Assembly: GCA_020184695.1 (NCBI GenBank)
Contig: JAANOX010000029.1
Coordinates: 62,001-126,000, forward strand
DNA: 64,000 nt
From: Histomonas meleagridis 2922-C6/04-290x
Taxonomy: Eukaryota; Protista; Parabasalia
Reading direction: 5' to 3'
Both the position numbers and the translations under genes were made by a program. Below the pieces are notes generated by a model, which saw nothing but the letters and a program-made list of their open reading frames with translations, was not told where the DNA came from and did no database searches. Shown here piece after piece: positions 22,101 to 33,767 of the stretch. Position 1 is the stretch's first letter, and every line of letters starts with the position of its first letter.

Positions 22101-23311
22101 ACACTTGAGCTATTACAAAAATTAATTGGATTATCAATGATGATTGGATCGATTATTAAATTTTTGGATTCAATGACTTTGTTACATAATGAAACTTGCT
22201 TTAGGGTAAAAAGAATTTGATGCTGATCAGAAAATGAAAAATCAATAATCGCAAGTGGTGATGTGATGGTAAAGGCACTTTTCGGTTTTGCTGTTTTTGC
22301 TTTCGGTTTTGTGAGGAACCGTTTTAAAAGTGCCAAGTCGATTATGAATGTAATAAACAAATGAACCTTAATGTTACCAAGCGTACACAAACGTCGTGTT
22401 GCTACAAGAGATGGAATTGCAACCATGGGAATTGTGTTACGTGTAATTTCTATTTCTTTGGTGTGTATTTCACCATTAACACATTGTAAAGAAGAAATAT
22501 TTACTTCAAAACTTGTCGTCGCTAAGTCTAATAATGGAAGTGATAATTCAAATGGAGAAATATGGAATTGAATAATGGCAGTATCTTCTTTTGCCAAATT
22601 AATCGAAAGATCTGAAATGGTAGAATTGACTTTCCCTAAGTTATATTTGATGTTGATTGAAGGAGTAAAGATTTCGAATTGTTTAATGAATATTTTGAGA
22701 AGATTTCGTATGTTCCATAATTTGGTAATGTTTATGATTTTGGTGCATACTTGGAACTCTGGAATGTAAATAAGTGGTTTTTGTAAAGGACTGATAAAAT
22801 GAGAGAATAATAATTGAAAATTAACACACTCATCACCACGAGTCAAATTACATTTAAAAGATTTGGTAGAAAAAGAAAACTTGTTTGTGGTAATGGAAAT
22901 ATCTTGTATTGTGATTCGAATGGACTTTGTTAAGATAAGTGCAAAATCTGTTAAAAACTTATTCAGCAATAATCTATTGAATGTTTTGTGTTTAACCTGC
23001 TTTTTGTGATGCGTTTTATTCAGGGTTAGATTTAAGGAATCAACTTTAATATCAATTAATGAAATTGACGAATTATAAAATCCTCGTGGATTAATTTTTA
23101 GCTGAGCATTCTTTACACTAATTGATCCGATTTCCCCTGATCCTTGCACTATTTGAATCGAATTATTGAAAAATGATGAGTTGAATAAGTAATCATTTGG
23201 GAAAAGATTATTTGTTTTTTTCTGTATTAGCTTGAATATAATGAACTTCAAAAATAGAAATGTCAAGAAAACTATAAGGGATACAATGAAAAAAAAGAAA
23301 AGCAAATCCAA
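19139..23311 (-). CDS. Probable bridge-like lipid transfer protein (FMP27/Hobbit/BLTP2- or VPS13-type)
   Basis: ~1390-codon open frame with an N-terminal signal anchor (DLLFFFFIVSLIVFLTFLFL), alternating-hydrophobic beta-strand pattern throughout and an Apt1-like C-terminus. There is no in-frame ATG at the 5' end; AAAAAATTGGAT at 23311 would be ATG GAT with one fewer T. Confidence 0.55.
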   Translation of the reverse strand: MDLLFFFFIVSLIVFLTFLFLKFIIFKLIQKKTNNLFPNDYLFNSSFFNNSIQIVQGSGEIGSISVKNAQLKINPRGFYNSSISLIDIKVDSLNLTLNKTHHKKQVKHKTFNRLLLNKFLTDFALILTKSIRITIQDISITTNKFSFSTKSFKCNLTRGDECVNFQLLFSHFISPLQKPLIYIPEFQVCTKIINITKLWNIRNLLKIFIKQFEIFTPSINIKYNLGKVNSTISDLSINLAKEDTAIIQFHISPFELSLPLLDLATTSFEVNISSLQCVNGEIHTKEIEITRNTIPMVAIPSLVATRRLCTLGNIKVHLFITFIIDLALLKRFLTKPKAKTAKPKSAFTITSPLAIIDFSFSDQHQILFTLKQVSLCNKVIESKNLIIDPIIIDNPINFCNSSSVTIDFARPNFSIQARRAEFKLTNKYAQKSYIQEIFNLLSWLSKQIHGDESAYRHLQPPTRRKFSFKIHKVIVTLEEPILTNLISRSNESKRIAHEGLQLRQYKAIQMINGKNSNFSQEEFDKESNKMLFEIFKNIIKSIPKDPNSNLLVIVSTDFNLIIDGPSIPNHEAGEKIINEIVPEMTYEDIGRIFGGKLTLSSRFLCCNNYRLGDILKIEGLNSNGYFFNVKRKGLIRSDFFHFLITCDHGQNEFHIPGISTRSVCIVETNIKCSKTIINYSPLLSQLKQDLKLGTINFRKRKFNFKKLRFFDNCRLRLRGKCNFTSESFIVTYKTKQQPYQKLPFLKIEIPSLSLNFDGKGFNINTNDLWIRILNKGSYQQLATLPSSNIKLRVVSVNPNNASGVHPVFFPLDSSRMNDPLYDPFEKYRTHTFHLDFNINFAVKFANVNIEYLPLLFENFMTSSLLQIFVKPAYYVARPHPYPTFSYISLNATLPYISISVPSKSLDLKISGDPLKLQLSTNDPKTFSLKSKLTKVEALIKEQVYIDLSLTNFEIIKDIFTEISINNLKAEISSQILQYLSEWKSDLSLPSSSSSRSKIKHEKLPKFKSESQIMNYFQNPSFVLNIKSGLAKMHLIQNKEILFLINGLRYSLMKSKKQTKLHWVCFNMARLFTIGEYPLIKFEGGDIKTTSVISQSLILFKLNAFEINLKPVDFEFFIPEFSKYRNNSESNQNEGAPSKQPLQRHQKVTVDVKAAVLRLIQNESYVLVFSQINNVSGEMSKLPDSSSAINLIISSILIRNDHGTDDFKVILEKSQKTTNPFLKVCIQQAPRIMKAPVFEKVEFVFSPFILRLSLVFIKDLIKVFPSNDDLKLLLYFEDNEDEAPPSEEISLKQPEVVVGDSYFFREFAFVPFSALISVKRKNHGMFSEFRDRPFDYKGIHLYDTFGTPDRLSNFVKKHLIWAIIKAIPHALLRKKKSQGSNAGQDTDKETN

Positions 23312-23759
23312 TTTTTTAGGCTCCGAAAACAAACGGTTGACAATAAACTTTACAAAATTCAAATAATTTTCGAGAAAAAAATTGCTTTTAGGCACCCCCA
23401 AAATAAAATATTATTACTATTTGTAATAACATAAGTCAAAAGAGTTATTTCCCAAAGAAAAGTTGCTCACAACTAAAAAGGAAAAAGAGTATAAAATATT
23501 TTTTATATAAAAATTTTATGTACTGAGATGGGAACATAGTACGCATTTATTTGTGTGGTATCAATCATTTTGTACTAAGTGACTTCTAACCATGGTTAGA
23601 ACATTAATGATGATATGTCAGTAATGCAAAACGTTTTTGGTGAAACAAGTTTATAGCTATTGAACACGTTCAAAAACTTTAACAAAAAAAAAAATATGTC
23701 TAGTGATATTTATTATATAATCAAAAATATATTAAAAATTTTTAAATGAAGATTCTTTG

Positions 23760-24863
23760 TTTATAAAATGTATCCGTAGAAACATTTATATAGAAATCAT
23801 CAAATCCAGTGATTATTATCTTTATAAACAAGATTTATGATTTCGAAATCTGTTGACATGTTCCGTTTGTTCTTCTGTTACTTCGTAATTTATTGAAACA
23901 GTTGGTACAGCTATTGATTAATTTGTATGTTTATTTTAATTAAAAATATTATAATTCCGATAATTATAAAAACAATTACGACAAAACGTAAGAAAATACT
24001 AAAGAGAACACACGTTGTCGTTCGATTTTGTTCATCATCATCATTTTGATAGTTTAATATTGTAAAGAAATTACTAGTAATTCCCAAATTTGGGAATAAG
24101 TAGAATAAATGATATAAACGTTTTCATAATGAACAAATATCGTATTAAAATATACAAAAAAAGAATTGATATGAAAAATAGTTAATGAATTCGTATTTGT
24201 TAAAGAAAAATCATTTGATTTAGTAAATATATTTGATAGTGTAAATGTAAGTGTTGGAGGAAGACATTAGTCAATTGTTCCTTTCGTTATCTTTAATTCT
24301 CCAAATCTTTCACTTGTGTATGTTTCATTGACCATAACATATTCTGTTGGAACATCTTGAAAACAATCACTGCCAATTGATGGTGAAGTTTCGCCATAAA
24401 AATAAATACATTTCAGTGATGTACAATACACAAATGCTTGATTTCCAATATTTTCAACACTTTCGCCAATGATAATCGTTTCTAATTCATAACAGAATGA
24501 AAAAGCACTTGATTGAATATCTATAACAGTGTTTGGAATTATGAAATTCGTAAATACACAACTTGAGAATGCAGAACTTTTTTTATCGTATTTAAACTTT
24601 TTCCCAATTGAAATTGTTATTAAAGATTATACCTCAATCAATGCATCTGATTCAATTGAAGTGACTGAATCTGGAATGCTGAATGTTTCCCTGAGATTTC
24701 CAAGTGGATAAATAATGAGTTTCGTAATCAATTTATCATATAAAACTCCATCGTTTTCATAATTACTATAATATGAATTATCTTCAAAATTATTTTTAAT
24801 ATTAAAAATATCTCCAAATGTTATTATCATTTCACTAATGATCAAAACAACACACAAAATCAA
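23760..24863 (-). pseudogene. BspA-like surface protein pseudogene (LRR, S/T stalk, TM, tail)
   Basis: ORF 24627..24863 (NDGVLYDK..LIIYP..FSIPDSVTSIESDA) continues in frame past TAA as IPNTVIDIQSSAFSFCYELETIIIGESVENIGNQAFVYCTSL, then past a second TAA as CLPPTLTFTLSNIFTKS; a frameshifted TM remnant follows. Confidence 0.8.
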
Positions 24864-24941
24864 TAATACTTATTCTGAATAAATATTTAATAAATTTTGT
24901 TGGTCCAAAAGAAAACGTTTAATTTTTCCAAGTAAAGTCAA

Positions 24942-26450
24942 ATGGAAAAAGTAGTTGGTTCTTATTACAGGCTTATAAAAAGAATAGGAGCCGGAAGTTT
25001 CGGTGAAATTTACATAGCAGAAAATACCCGCTTACATCGAAATTTTGCTGTAAAATTAGAAAGTGTAAAAGCCAAAGTTCCACAATTATCATATGAGTCA
25101 AAATTATATTCAGTTTTTTCTGGTGGTACTGGAATTCCACGTCTACATTGGTATGGCAGTAACAAAACGCATAATATTATGGTTATAGATTTATTAGGTA
25201 AATCATTAGAAGATTTATTTTCAGCATGCCACCACAAGTTCTCTTTAAAAACAGTTCTAATGTTAGCAGATCAAATGATATCATGTGTAGAATATATACA
25301 CCAAAAAAATTTTATCCATAGAGATATCAAACCAGACAATTTTGTAATGGGTGTTGGTCGTAACTCATCGCAAGTGTTTATAATTGACTTTGGTCTGGCT
25401 AAAAAATATCGGGATCAACATACACATACACACATTCCATATTGTGAAGGAAAATCACTTACTGGAACAGCTAGATACGCATCTGTTAACGCTCTACAAG
25501 GAAAAGAGCAATCAAGGCGAGATGATTTGGAATCTCTTGGTTTTGTTTGGCTATATTTCCTTAGAGGCTCTCTTCCATGGATGGGTCTTCCTGCAAAAGA
25601 CCAAAAGCAAAAATACGAACGCATATGTTCTGTCAAAGCTAAAACCACGTTTGAGGAACTTTGTGAAGGATTTCCTGATGAGTTTGTTCAGTATTTCAAA
25701 ATTGTACGAAACCTTAAGTTCACTGAGGCCCCTAATTATACTGAACTAAAAAAATTGTTCAGAGACCTTTTCATTCGAGAAGGGTTTATATATGATCTCC
25801 AATACGATTGGACAAAAGAACAGCATCAAACACCCGCCAAACCGCCGTCAAATTCTGATGTCGAAACGCTCCCCAAAAAAGCGCTTCCTCAAGAACCAAA
25901 AGCTGCACAATTAAAACCAAAAACAAGGGTACGGCATGATGAAGAAACTCCTTTACGTACAGGTGTAGAACCTAAAATAAGAACACGACAGAAAAAAGTC
26001 GATGATAATAATCTTCGAACTAAAAAGACAGAAGAACAAACATCAAGGGTTAAACCTGTACGAAGAGCTGAAACACCCCGAAAAACTTCGAGGAAAGAAA
26101 CAAATCCTGAATATCCACCACATAGAAATGCAAATCTCATTTCTGCATTAAATGCATTAAAAGCTGACCTAAAGCAAACAGAAGAAATGCTTAGTACTAG
26201 GAAGAAGACACAGGAAAGAACAACATCTGGGCGGGCTCGTACACAAACATTACAATCAACACAAATAAATTCAAGACAGAAAAACAGAACACTACTGCTC
26301 GAAAGAGAACCTTTCACCACATCTACGAGAAATCCTGTGCGTAGACCTCGTGAGAATTCAGTTGATCGAGCAGAAACACAAAGACGCAACATTAGAACGA
26401 CAACAAGAGCATCAAGCGTCAGGAAGAGAACAACAACAAATCTTAATTAA
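24942..26450 (+). CDS. CK1: Casein kinase 1 family kinase with a long basic disordered tail
   Basis: [56 protein letters not shown]. Confidence 0.97.
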   Translation: MEKVVGSYYRLIKRIGAGSFGEIYIAENTRLHRNFAVKLESVKAKVPQLSYESKLYSVFSGGTGIPRLHWYGSNKTHNIMVIDLLGKSLEDLFSACHHKFSLKTVLMLADQMISCVEYIHQKNFIHRDIKPDNFVMGVGRNSSQVFIIDFGLAKKYRDQHTHTHIPYCEGKSLTGTARYASVNALQGKEQSRRDDLESLGFVWLYFLRGSLPWMGLPAKDQKQKYERICSVKAKTTFEELCEGFPDEFVQYFKIVRNLKFTEAPNYTELKKLFRDLFIREGFIYDLQYDWTKEQHQTPAKPPSNSDVETLPKKALPQEPKAAQLKPKTRVRHDEETPLRTGVEPKIRTRQKKVDDNNLRTKKTEEQTSRVKPVRRAETPRKTSRKETNPEYPPHRNANLISALNALKADLKQTEEMLSTRKKTQERTTSGRARTQTLQSTQINSRQKNRTLLLEREPFTTSTRNPVRRPRENSVDRAETQRRNIRTTTRASSVRKRTTTNLN

Positions 26451-26735
26451 AATAGAAATAGAAAAATTATTTCTCAATTAAACTCTATTGTTTATAAACA
26501 ATTACCTTATGGTTGTCATCTTATATTGTTAATGTATTTTTTATCCAAATTTATGTTTGAACATATTTATTTTAAACTAATTCATGTCTATTTTAACGCT
26601 AATCTTCTTCAACCGCATTTTTGCATTAATTTCTTTAGCTCTACGAATTTTTTGAATGAAGACTGCAATTTTTTGAACGATTTTTTATCGTTATAGGATT
26701 GCATGTTGGTCCAAACAAAGAACCTGAAACAATAA

Positions 26736-27638
26736 ATGGGGAGCGCACAAGCCAAACCTAACCAAAACGTATTAGAAACTAGGTCAAGTAAATACAAAGA
26801 TATATTCAGTGATGTCAATTCAGTAGGTCTTGTTAGTTCGTTCTCTGGTTTCAATTTCACACATTTGTACCCAGTAAATCCAAACTTCAACATTGTAAAT
26901 AGTGTCAATATAAAACCTAGAACTTACGACAAAGCGCATGCAAGACAGTTTAACGAACAGGAATACCCAGGGAATTATCAAATTCTTTTTATTGGAAACT
27001 ATATGGAAATGCCATTTAGAGCAATTTTTAGCGGTCTTTGGTTACCTGAGGTTAGTTTAACAGTTCCATTTCATCCATCTTCTGTAACTTTCAGTGGATC
27101 AATTTCCGAAACATTTTCACCATCAATTAATATAGAATTTTCAAATACAAACAGATTATGTTCACTCGACACTGCTTTTCATACAAATGGTTCTTCTACA
27201 GGAAAACTTGATTTTGAAATAGCAACAAAATATAAAAACATTAGAATTGGTACTGGGTTTTATCATGACTTTGTGGATTCTGAAACATGTTTCGAGTTCG
27301 CTACAGACATAGATTTAAGCAAAATTGTTCTTGGCGCATGTGCTAAGATTGAATCAAAAGATAGAATTGCTATGGTGTTATCAGGGCAAAAGACTATTGG
27401 ACGTACCATAGCTGGAATTCAACTCCAAATGGTTCCTCTTCAACTTTCATCAAATTTTGTATTTGGATTCGAAAGAGAATTTCAGATGTCAAATCTTTCA
27501 GCCTCATTTACATCCAGTGGTTCTGTTTCATCTGTGTATATTCGCAGAATTACTCCTAACATAAGACTCACTTTATCATCAGTATCTCATCTTAGCTCTC
27601 GCAATTATGAATTTGGAATTGGGGTCACACTTCAATAA
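26736..27638 (+). CDS. TOM40: Tom40-like beta-barrel (hydrogenosomal outer-membrane translocase / porin family)
   Basis: 300 aa with amphipathic beta-strand pattern, C-terminal beta-signal EFGIGVTL and Tom40-like SSGSVSSVYIRRI segment. Confidence 0.7.
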   Translation: MGSAQAKPNQNVLETRSSKYKDIFSDVNSVGLVSSFSGFNFTHLYPVNPNFNIVNSVNIKPRTYDKAHARQFNEQEYPGNYQILFIGNYMEMPFRAIFSGLWLPEVSLTVPFHPSSVTFSGSISETFSPSINIEFSNTNRLCSLDTAFHTNGSSTGKLDFEIATKYKNIRIGTGFYHDFVDSETCFEFATDIDLSKIVLGACAKIESKDRIAMVLSGQKTIGRTIAGIQLQMVPLQLSSNFVFGFEREFQMSNLSASFTSSGSVSSVYIRRITPNIRLTLSSVSHLSSRNYEFGIGVTLQ

Positions 27639-27848
27639 AATAAATATATCTTCTAATAATTTTTTGTTATGTTTATTAGTGTTCACAAAACTTCGTGAAC
27701 TTCGGTCCACTTTTTGAGAGATTCTGTTGTTTTGCCGTAAAAATTGTGTTGGATTTGACACTAACCGTTCAAATTCAATTTTCGATACTTTACATCTGTA
27801 TTTGTTTGTTCAAAAATTTTCATCAAATGATGCAGTTTATATCTAACT

Positions 27849-28559
27849 TTATTTTATCAATTCTGACGTACAACACATCCATATTCTTGTACCATATACC
27901 TTGAAAAGAGTACGAACCAAAACTCTAAAATCGATATAGGTTGAAGATGTGTAATAAAAGGTCAATTTTTTCCCATCAAATTGAAATTCAGCGCCTGTTA
28001 TATTCATGGGCAGTCCAAGCTCTGCTGCTTTTGCACGACACATTTCGAGTGCACATTTCTCACTTTCTGCTTTTTGTGGTAATTTATCAATTTCATCTTT
28101 ATGTGCAATTCTTACAATCATTTTGGTAGACCTTAAATCCATTGTTGGTGGTCTTTTTTTAATATTGATAACTTTTCCAATATCATATCCACGATCTGCT
28201 TCTGTTAAGACATAATCTCCGATCTCTATTTTGCATTTTTGAGGAGCATAAAACCATGCAGACCTACTAGGATGGAATTCCACCTGATAGCTTTGGTTTA
28301 AAATAGAATTATTTTCATCTTGAATCTCTCCTTGGAATCTCATTTGATTTTGGACGAAATTGTTATGAATTGGTGCAGAACCTACGTAACCGAAGCTTCT
28401 ATTTTGACTAATAAATGAAGGATTCGTGTTAACATAAAAATTTGTTTGTGAGTCTGGGTCTTCCCACACATCTCTTAGTGATGATGGTAATAATGACTGC
28501 ATGTTTGGGTTGGTGTCCACATCTTCGTCGTTGGTGAGATCTTCCCAACTCGTTTGCAT
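27849..28559 (-). CDS. PSP1 C-terminal domain protein
   Basis: VEFH..GDYVLTEADRGYDIGKV..LPMNITGAEFQFDGKKLTFYY..IDFRVLVRTLFKVYGTRIWM. Confidence 0.92.
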   Translation of the reverse strand: MQTSWEDLTNDEDVDTNPNMQSLLPSSLRDVWEDPDSQTNFYVNTNPSFISQNRSFGYVGSAPIHNNFVQNQMRFQGEIQDENNSILNQSYQVEFHPSRSAWFYAPQKCKIEIGDYVLTEADRGYDIGKVINIKKRPPTMDLRSTKMIVRIAHKDEIDKLPQKAESEKCALEMCRAKAAELGLPMNITGAEFQFDGKKLTFYYTSSTYIDFRVLVRTLFKVYGTRIWMCCTSELIK

Positions 28560-28583
28560 TTCCTATTCTGCGCCTTCTCAAAA

Positions 28584-28590
28584 AACCGTT
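28584..28590 (-). promoter_or_regulatory. M3 core promoter element
   Basis: AACGGTT on the minus strand, 25 nt upstream of ATG 28559. Confidence 0.5.
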
Positions 28591-29362
28591 ATTCTCGCTT
28601 TTTGATAGCCGAAACGTCATTTTAGAAAAATCCGAATGCATTGAAAAAAATCAAAATAATAGATGTCCCTATCGGCCCGATATTCACTCTCATTTCATAT
28701 CTCTCTCCACTTTACTTTTTATTAATGTCTGACAAATAAAATCAACTAAACTTTTCCTTTACTTGTTAATTCGCGAAATATATCAAACACAAAACGATTT
28801 TCTATAATGTGAAATCTTATTAACTCTTTAAAAAGACTCACTATTTTGAAGTATCAATGATTTTTATTTAGTATTTTCTTATTTTTTGATTATCTCAATA
28901 CACATTTGAAAAAATGTAATTATATTTTAAAATTAATAAAATTCATATTTATTCTTTAATTTGATACAATGTTCATTAGTTTTATAACTATAGGTAAATT
29001 TTTTTTATTAGACGATTTTAGTGGTTATGGTGTAAAATTAATAAAATATCCGCATTTTTTACCGCTGTATAATATAATGAAGAATTTCATATATACCATA
29101 TAATAGTTCTTTATATGAGGTTATGGAGAAATTTTGTCAATTTTTTTAAAGCACTATGCATAATGAGATATACTTGAAATTAAAAATTCCCTTGCAATAA
29201 ACTTCAGAAAATTGAGAACTCCTTAACGTACAGGAATTTTACAATCGGACGCGACATTAAGATACTGTCAAAGTAATGTCGAATTGCCCAAAACACATTT
29301 ACAGTGTTATGAGTGCGCAAATAATTTCACTCCAAAAATAATTTGACTTTTCGTTTATTTCT

Positions 29363-31495
29363 TCATAAGTCGAAGAAGTCGTCCGACTTATTCTGGACGC
29401 TTTCCTTTGTGTCCTCGGTCATGTTCAAGAAGTCCTCGTCCAGCTTCTGCACCTGTATTGCGTTCTTTTCCTTTCTTGGCCCGAAGAACATTTCCAAGTC
29501 GTCCTCATTATCCTGCTCGATTTTGAGTGCGTTTTCATCGTCGTTCTCGATTATCTTTTCGTCCCTTACCGACGATGGCGGCAGCTTCGACGGGTCCGCC
29601 CACTGCTGTACGAGAGCGTTCTTTGCGATGTTTTTACCGAACATTTGACTGAACGAACCGACTTCTATTTCGGATGCCTTCATTATGTCTCCTTCCCAAA
29701 TCACAATTGGCTTTTTGGGGAACAAAAATTCGAAACTCTTTTGGCGCACGTTGTTCATAAATGTATTGTTTTGAGGCGCTGTTAATAATTGGTGTAATAG
29801 ACGCGATCGATCTCTGATGTCGATATCGTTATCATAATATCCGAGAGTAAATACATAACGTGTTAAATCACTAACTTCATTAGGTCGAACACATAAAAGT
29901 TTCGCTGCTAAGTTCACCGTTTGCATCTTTACTGGCGTTTCAAGTTGTGTAAATGTTATAGTTAATTGACGTAATACTTCATGCGCTTGTAAAGGTATTA
30001 ATATTGACTTGTCTCCGATTAATGATACTAACGCTGCTTTAGTTTCCGCATCATTGATTTTGTTAAAGACACTAAGTAACTTGTTAAGGACTGAAATAAC
30101 TTCTGTTGAATCCATTAGTTCATTAGAATTAAAGTTGTCGACTTCATTGTCGTTCATTTGTTTGGGTAATGGACGTAATAAGATACATAACATTTTCACT
30201 GCTTGCGAGATGACAGTGATTGAAGGTGATGATAATAACTTAACGATGACATTGATACAATTAATACTTGAGTCGCCTGCATTGGATGCGGTACGGCCAA
30301 TAGCTTTGACTGCTGCTGATGCAACTTCTTTGTCAGGACTATGGATATGAAGTGCTAATTCCTTTAATAAGATATCTGAGTTAGATGGACGTGAAAGTTG
30401 TGATAAGATTTGTAACTTTAAGATTTTTATCGGTGGAATATCTTCAAATGTAATAAAGAAATGACGAATATGTGGAACAAAGATTTCAGCATTGTCTGCG
30501 ATGAACGATGAGATCGATAATAAGGCGGCATATGATATCGAGGAATTATTATACGTCAAACGGATCATCGGTTTAACAATTAATTGTAACATATATGGAG
30601 GGGCACAATAAAATATTAATGAACAGGCTGCTAATGTGACAGATGGTGTGATCGAACTTAACAGTGGTTTGACACACTTAAGTAAAAGAGTAAGATCGGG
30701 ATCAATCTCTTCTTCTTCGACATCATCGCCAATTAACCATTCATCGGTGGCGGTTGGTCGCTTAAAATTACGTCGGGCATATCGTTGAAGGATGTGTAAT
30801 GCAATCGTTTGGCCCCATGGATCAAGTTTGTTAATAACATTACAGAGCGTACGAAAGATTGGATGGACTAATTCATCATAATCAGGTTTGATGATTGATA
30901 GTGCATAAAGAGCTCCACTGATTGTAATTACAGATGTGTCGTTAAGGAGTTTTTGGAGAATAACAAGAATGTCATCAAGACAATCAGAATCTGTTTCATA
31001 GATTTTGATTAAGGCAAGGGCTGCAGCTTTACGTACATATGGTGATGCATCTCGTGAACATGTTTGAACGGCATCTAGAACAATTTCAATGATTTCGGGT
31101 GAACGAATTGAAGATAAGATTTTTAATGACATTGCACGAACAATTGGATCTTCATCACTAAGTGATCGCTGGAAAGTATTGACAGACATAAGAGCAGAAT
31201 CAGGATCAGCTTCGGCATATTGAACAAGATATACATATGATAAATGACGAAGAGTTTCATCTTCAGATGTGATTTCTTGAACAACAAGAGGGAAAAACTC
31301 TTTGACATCATCACCTTTAGACATGACACTAAGAAGGGATTTAACACCATTAAGTTTATCTTTTATCTTCGTTGATTGAAGATTTTGAGTAATTGTTGGA
31401 GCAAGGTCAATGCCGAGTTGCTTCTCTTGTTCGTTTGCATTTATTTCATCAATAGAGTGACCATAACTTGTGTAATCGCCACCGACTGAAATCAT
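29363..31495 (-). CDS. AP3B: AP-3 complex beta subunit
   Basis: Adaptin_N trunk: FFPLVV..LRHLSYVYLVQYAE..ALMSVNTFQRSL..DASPYVRKAAALALIKIY..DIDIRDRSR, with an acidic C-terminal hinge. First in-frame ATG at 31495. Confidence 0.9.
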   Translation of the reverse strand: MISVGGDYTSYGHSIDEINANEQEKQLGIDLAPTITQNLQSTKIKDKLNGVKSLLSVMSKGDDVKEFFPLVVQEITSEDETLRHLSYVYLVQYAEADPDSALMSVNTFQRSLSDEDPIVRAMSLKILSSIRSPEIIEIVLDAVQTCSRDASPYVRKAAALALIKIYETDSDCLDDILVILQKLLNDTSVITISGALYALSIIKPDYDELVHPIFRTLCNVINKLDPWGQTIALHILQRYARRNFKRPTATDEWLIGDDVEEEEIDPDLTLLLKCVKPLLSSITPSVTLAACSLIFYCAPPYMLQLIVKPMIRLTYNNSSISYAALLSISSFIADNAEIFVPHIRHFFITFEDIPPIKILKLQILSQLSRPSNSDILLKELALHIHSPDKEVASAAVKAIGRTASNAGDSSINCINVIVKLLSSPSITVISQAVKMLCILLRPLPKQMNDNEVDNFNSNELMDSTEVISVLNKLLSVFNKINDAETKAALVSLIGDKSILIPLQAHEVLRQLTITFTQLETPVKMQTVNLAAKLLCVRPNEVSDLTRYVFTLGYYDNDIDIRDRSRLLHQLLTAPQNNTFMNNVRQKSFEFLFPKKPIVIWEGDIMKASEIEVGSFSQMFGKNIAKNALVQQWADPSKLPPSSVRDEKIIENDDENALKIEQDNEDDLEMFFGPRKEKNAIQVQKLDEDFLNMTEDTKESVQNKSDDFFDL

Positions 31496-32089
31496 GTGAA
31501 CTAATGTCAAATGACATCACCCACTTTTTGCCGATCAAATTACATATCGTTTCGCATTCAATTTTTGTAACTTCAAATATAAATATTTTTATTTCTATTA
31601 ATGATATAATAAAATTGCATCAATGTTTCAATATAACTAAAATAAATATTCCATTATATGAAAATCTTGAAGCTTTATAAAGATCTTTGATTTAGGTTAA
31701 ATTGACCGTTTAAATTGTCTGTGAAGTTATATTGGGGTGCCTCATATCAAAGAAAGGTTCCTCCAAGAAAATAATGAAAACAAGCTCAATCATCAATAAA
31801 ATTATTTGACGATTATATAACACAATGTATATTTAATTTTCTTGTTTCCATTTTATTATACTCATCTTTTGTTGCTCAAATAAAAATTTGAAATATTTAT
31901 TACAAATTTGAAAAAGAAAAAAATGATAAAATATTAATTAATTTGTTTTATATCTTTTTTCATTATGTGAACGAATTAAAAGCACAAGAATCATGTTTAG
32001 AAGAGATAATCCAATATTTTATGATGAACTCATTCCAAACATTGAAGAACAAAATTTGACGTATTTGGACGATTTCTTAAAATTCATAC

Positions 32090-32650
32090 ATATGAATCAT
32101 CTTATCTTCTTGAAGCTATGATTGAACATAATTTTCTTGAACCAAACATTGCAAAAAACAACCAGAGCTATTATTACATGTCTTTTGTAAATTATGATGA
32201 ACTATCAAAAGATAATTGTAAACTTCATAAGAAATTAATTAAAGAAGGAAATAGACAAATGAAATTGCGAAAATAATTCGAAATGATGAAGTAGAAAAAC
32301 TTCAAGAAATATCATTGCAAACAAATTTTGTTTTTAATCAAACAATTAAACCATCACTTTATGAAATATTTTCATTTGTTAAAGAAAATGTTACATTAAT
32401 TGATTATGCAGCATTTTTTGGATCAGCAAAATGTTTTAAATATTTACTTAAGAATGGTGCAAATGTATATAATACAGTAAATATGCAATTGCATGCGGAA
32501 ACATTGAAATATGCATATGAAGCAGTAATTGAATTTCATAGAAATATTTTTATGCCGAGAAAGTGTTTGAAATCAATAAAACAGCAAATGAAATACTTAT
32601 TATAAAACAGCAATTCAATAGCTTTGAAATTTTATCATTCTTCGAACAAA
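32090..32650 (+). pseudogene. DUF3447-ankyrin family relic
   Basis: EIAKIIRNDEVEKLQEIS and LIDYAAFFGSAKCFKYLLKNGA fragments with deletions and stops. Confidence 0.75.
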
Positions 32651-32807
32651 ATGTTTTGAAATATTGAAATTAATTATAGAGAAAAAAGATGATGAAGAAA
32701 CTGGTCGCTTATTGTTTCAATAATTTAAAACGCGCTTCGAGTTGAAGTTGAAAACAATAAACATAAATTATTTTCCTGCAACTTACACCAAAAACAAAAA
32801 TTTCTAA

Positions 32808-33509
32808 TCATTTGTTGATTGTACTAATGATCTCATTCAACTCGCTTTCTTCCAAAAGTTTCATTGTCTCTCCGCGTTTCATTACAGCTACCTCAAGATT
32901 CTTAGCTCCGTTTTCCACAACCTCTAATAGAGATCCCACAGCGAGTTTCATCGCTTCGTCATCGCTGCTTTCATCTTTGTAATGCTTTTCGAGATATTCC
33001 ATAACTGTTTGATCGTGTCTTCCGATTGTACGCGCTTTCCACTCGGTATAACCACCAGATGGAAGAGTTTCGTAGATGTGCGGTTGTTGAGTTGAATCAA
33101 ACCCACAAACTAATGTAGCAACGCCAAATGGTCGAACACCACCAGATTGGGTATATCGAAGTTGGACCGTAGCAATATAACGAGCAATTCGTTCAACTGT
33201 AATTGGGTCTTGGTATGTAAGTCTGTGGCTTTGACATTCGATTTGTGCTTTGCCAACAAGAACTCGAGCATCTGCATGAAGACCTGCAAATGCGCACATG
33301 ATGTGATCATCAAGAGGAACAACTTTCCTGAAGGTGCTTGGATCTTGAAGCTTAGCTACTGCTGATTTTTCTATAGCAATTACAATCATATCTTTGGATT
33401 GTGTGGCAACAACGGTTGTACCGCGTTTTACAGCTGCGTGCGCATGTTCTATTTGAAATAATCGCCCATCTGGACTGAACCTTGTGATGGAGCGAGAATA
33501 TGAAGACAT
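32808..33509 (-). CDS. PSMA7: 20S proteasome subunit alpha4 (alpha type-7)
   Basis: YSRSITRFSPDGRLFQIE, HIMCAFAGLHADARVL, YTQSGGVRPFG. Confidence 0.93.
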   Translation of the reverse strand: MSSYSRSITRFSPDGRLFQIEHAHAAVKRGTTVVATQSKDMIVIAIEKSAVAKLQDPSTFRKVVPLDDHIMCAFAGLHADARVLVGKAQIECQSHRLTYQDPITVERIARYIATVQLRYTQSGGVRPFGVATLVCGFDSTQQPHIYETLPSGGYTEWKARTIGRHDQTVMEYLEKHYKDESSDDEAMKLAVGSLLEVVENGAKNLEVAVMKRGETMKLLEESELNEIISTINK

Positions 33510-33767
33510 ATGAAATTGTCACTTTTGTAAAAATTCTAATGTTTTTTATGTATCTCCGGAATCTTTACTTAACAAAGAAGATGTTCCTTAACAGCTAAAG
33601 GCAACTTGTTCACAAAAGTTAATATGACGTAAAAGTCAAATAAGATTTTTCAACAATTATTAGTATCAATAATTTTCAAGTATCAATGATTTTAGGAAAC
33701 TGGAAGCGCAAGCGAGTTCCAACTGTTGTTGCTTGTTTGAAAATGAGAATTCAAATCTTGATTGTGT

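Noticed and set aside
24268-24629. In-frame TAA codons in the BspA-like frame as a sign of TAA-to-Gln recoding
   Set aside because: Conserved genes here (SOD, RPL17, RPS25, Rab, PSMA7) end at TAA/TGA at the expected lengths, and the locus also has frameshifts; pseudogene decay explains it.
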